Of a stretch of DNA of 28,133 nt, positions 25,921 to 28,133 are shown piece by piece (within the stretch, counting starts at the first letter, position 1; each line of letters begins with the position of its first letter). The stretch is taken from the NCBI GenBank assembly GCA_035376345.1, contig DAOSRJ010000002.1, forward strand, positions 1-28,133. Direction: 5' to 3'. The notes below the pieces were generated by a model that searched no databases, was not told where the DNA came from, and worked only from the letters and a program-made list of their open reading frames with translations. The DNA comes from Atribacterota bacterium (GTDB lineage: Bacteria; Atribacterota; Phoenicimicrobiia; Phoenicimicrobiales; Stramentimicrobiaceae). Position numbers and translations under genes: made by a program.

Positions 25921-26991
25921 TTACATTAAACGTATATTACTATCATCTGCTAAGATAAATTCATATACCAATGGCAAGCCTGCTGAACGATAGATATGAA
26001 CATCTTTGCCAATAAGGCAATTTTGCATACGGTATTTGACATCCTTGATATGAGTATTGGCCATAACCACACTATATTCAATCTCGCTATTTTCAATTTC
26101 CACCCTGTCAGATAGGGAAGTAAAAGGTCCTACATAGGAATTAACTATTTTAACCTTTTCGCCTATCACTACCGGCCCCAATATGGTTGAATTAATAATC
26201 TCAACACCAGGGGCTAAATTGACTCTTCCTAAGATTCTGGATTTTTGTTCAATCTTTGTTTCTCCCAGGTCTCGTTGAATATCTTCCAGTACCAGTCTAT
26301 TAGCCTCCAGAATGTCATCTGGTTTTCCGGTATCTTTCCACCAGCCCTCAATTATCTCAGCAGCAACATCGTAATGGTTATTAAGAAGCCATTGAATGGC
26401 ATCAGTTATTTCTAATTCACCCCGGGCAGAAGGCTTAATATTTTCAATAGCCTTATGTATGATCTTATCAAAAAAATAAACACCAATTAAAGCCAAATCA
26501 GAGATGGGCACTTTAGGTTTTTCTACCATGCGAACAATTTTATCCCCTTTCAGTTCAACCACTCCAAATTGTTCAGGGTTCTCTACAGGTGTTAGTAATA
26601 CAAAGGCCTTTGTTTTACCTTTTTCGAATTTCTGACGATAAGGTAAGATGCTGTTTTTCAATAAATTATCACCCAAAAACATTAAAAAAGCATCATCCTG
26701 TAGAAAATCCCGGGCAGTTGTTACGGCATGAGCCAGGCCGAGCGGCTTTGATTGCAGAATATAGCTTATCTTAATACCCCATCTCTGTCCATCACCTATA
26801 GCCTGTCTTATATCCTCCCCGGTTTCTTCTCCAATGATCAGTCCAATTTCTTCAATCCCGCATTCTATGATCTTTTCAATACCATATTCTAAAGCAGGCT
26901 TGTTAGCCAGAGGAATCAAGTGTTTGGCGCTGGTATGGGTCAATGGTTTTAAACGAGTACCCTTCCCGGCACAAAGGAGGATTGCTTTCAT
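25921..26991 (-). CDS. rfbA: Glucose-1-phosphate thymidylyltransferase, long form (RmlA/RfbA)
   Basis: MKAILL-AG-GTRL-PLTHT-AK-LIP-ANKP; Q--PLGLAHAV; GDN; EKP; PS-RGELEITDAIQ; GWWKDTG; C-terminal hexapeptide-like region. Confidence 0.92.
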   Translation of the reverse strand: MKAILLCAGKGTRLKPLTHTSAKHLIPLANKPALEYGIEKIIECGIEEIGLIIGEETGEDIRQAIGDGQRWGIKISYILQSKPLGLAHAVTTARDFLQDDAFLMFLGDNLLKNSILPYRQKFEKGKTKAFVLLTPVENPEQFGVVELKGDKIVRMVEKPKVPISDLALIGVYFFDKIIHKAIENIKPSARGELEITDAIQWLLNNHYDVAAEIIEGWWKDTGKPDDILEANRLVLEDIQRDLGETKIEQKSRILGRVNLAPGVEIINSTILGPVVIGEKVKIVNSYVGPFTSLSDRVEIENSEIEYSVVMANTHIKDVKYRMQNCLIGKDVHIYRSAGLPLVYEFILADDSNIRLM

Positions 26992-27107
26992 ATTGGTTCA
27001 CCCTCTCTTTTCTTTCATTAAATGGAAATGTTTTTTATTATTGATATTATTTATAATCATTTATCTTCAAGTCTACTGTGCTACCCGTTATTGTTGCTAA
27101 ATCGTTT

Positions 27108-28133
27108 TTAAGATTTCTTCTGCTGCTCTTTGCAGAATTCTTTTTCTCTCATCAAATTCTTGTATTCTTTTTTCTGAAAACTATATTTGAAATTAGTATG
27201 AATATCATAGGTACCTTCAATAAGTGCTACCACATCCTCCACAAAGACCAGCTCTTCATCAGTGGGAATTACCAGCACCTTTACCGGGGAATCTGGTGAT
27301 GAGATATCAGATTCTTTATTGCGTGTTTTAGCTAACCTATTTTTCTCAGCATCATATTTAATTCCGATAATATCAAGCCCGTCCAATACTTTAGCACGAA
27401 TTAAATCACTCATTTCACCTACTCCTGCCGTAAAAATAAGAGCATCCAGCCGGCCCAAAACAGCGGCATAGGCACCAATATATTTTTTCAATCTATAGAC
27501 TTCCATTTCTATAGCTAAATTGGCTCTTTCTTCCCCTTTTTCAGCGGCATTAAGAACATCCCTTCTGTCAATATATTTTCCAGTAATTCCCAATAATCCA
27601 CTTTTTTTATTCAAAATATTATCAATCTCCTGAGGTGTATAGCCTTCTTTTTGCATTACATAAAAGTCTAAAGCAGCATCATGATCCCCTGCTCTGGTAC
27701 CCATGATAGCCCCTTCCAGGGGAGTGAATCCCATACTGGTATCATATGATAATCCGTCTTTTACCGCATTTACACTCACTCCGTTTCCTATATGGCAGCT
27801 GATAAGATTACACTGGAATGGATCTTTATTTAAAAGTACTGCTGCCCTTTTTGCGACATATAATAAAGAAGTTCCATGAAAACCATACCTTCTGATTCTG
27901 TATTTTTCATACCATTCATAGGGCACTGCATACATATAAACATATGGTGGCATAGTCTGATGCCAGGCAGTATCCATTATAGCGGCATGTGGTATATCTG
28001 GTAATAATTCCATAGCAGCTTCAATACCCATTATGTTAGGTGGATTGTGCAAAGGTGCCAATACTGCTAATTCTTTAAAAGTTTTCAATACTTCCTGGTC
28101 AATGAGAACAGATTTGGAAAACTTTTCTCCACC
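27108..28133 (-). CDS. ackA: Acetate kinase, 5'-truncated by the window edge
   Basis: LAPLHNP-N; DTAWHQTMP; [10 protein letters not shown]; CHIGNG-S; [18 protein letters not shown]; FTAGVGE; IPTDEEL. The frame stays open to base 28133 ([19 protein letters not shown]), so TTG 28088 is not the start. Confidence 0.96.
   Translation of the reverse strand, partial: GGEKFSKSVLIDQEVLKTFKELAVLAPLHNPPNIMGIEAAMELLPDIPHAAIMDTAWHQTMPPYVYMYAVPYEWYEKYRIRRYGFHGTSLLYVAKRAAVLLNKDPFQCNLISCHIGNGVSVNAVKDGLSYDTSMGFTPLEGAIMGTRAGDHDAALDFYVMQKEGYTPQEIDNILNKKSGLLGITGKYIDRRDVLNAAEKGEERANLAIEMEVYRLKKYIGAYAAVLGRLDALIFTAGVGEMSDLIRAKVLDGLDIIGIKYDAEKNRLAKTRNKESDISSPDSPVKVLVIPTDEELVFVEDVVALIEGTYDIHTNFKYSFQKKEYKNLMREKEFCKEQQKKS

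Noticed and set aside
28086-28088. ORF-track TTG start for ackA
   Set aside because: The frame is open to the window edge, and the N-terminal ATP-binding part of AckA is missing, so the gene starts outside the window.
1-28133. CRISPR arrays, tRNA/rRNA genes, IS elements, long DNA tandem repeats
   Set aside because: No regularly spaced direct repeats, cloverleaf T-loop motifs, rRNA signatures or transposase motifs were seen. The TPR and PD40 repeats exist only at protein level.

Overview
AT-rich, gene-dense chromosomal window from a diderm bacterium. The diderm call rests on the ExbB/ExbD motor and an Omp85-type barrel. The window also has Clostridia-like synteny, an L21-leader-like RNA and an Obg C-terminal extension. 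Together these suggest a deep-branching diderm anaerobe such as Atribacterota, which is inference only. All genes but one lie on the minus strand. Reading right to left: ackA (partial), long-form rmlA/rfbA, then a plus-strand peptidase/beta-propeller/Omp85 protein divergent from a membrane-anchored amidohydrolase. Next come wecA, a galE-like epimerase and a [degenerate WecA]::WecG/TagA fusion. These are followed by mreD-mrdA-rodA-TIGR03960 radical SAM-TIGR03936-rng-rplU-rpmA, then obgE. The window ends with a 1203-aa TPR protein-exbB-exbD-[TonB-like N-terminus::DUF3048]-xerD (partial, missed by the ORF track). No rRNA, tRNA, CRISPR or IS element was seen. The best candidate for an undescribed system is the Ton/Tol-type motor whose TonB-like transducer ends in a DUF3048 domain instead of TonB_C. 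The second best is a catalytically eroded WecA domain fused to WecG next to an intact WecA. All family calls are by motif recognition; no searches were run.
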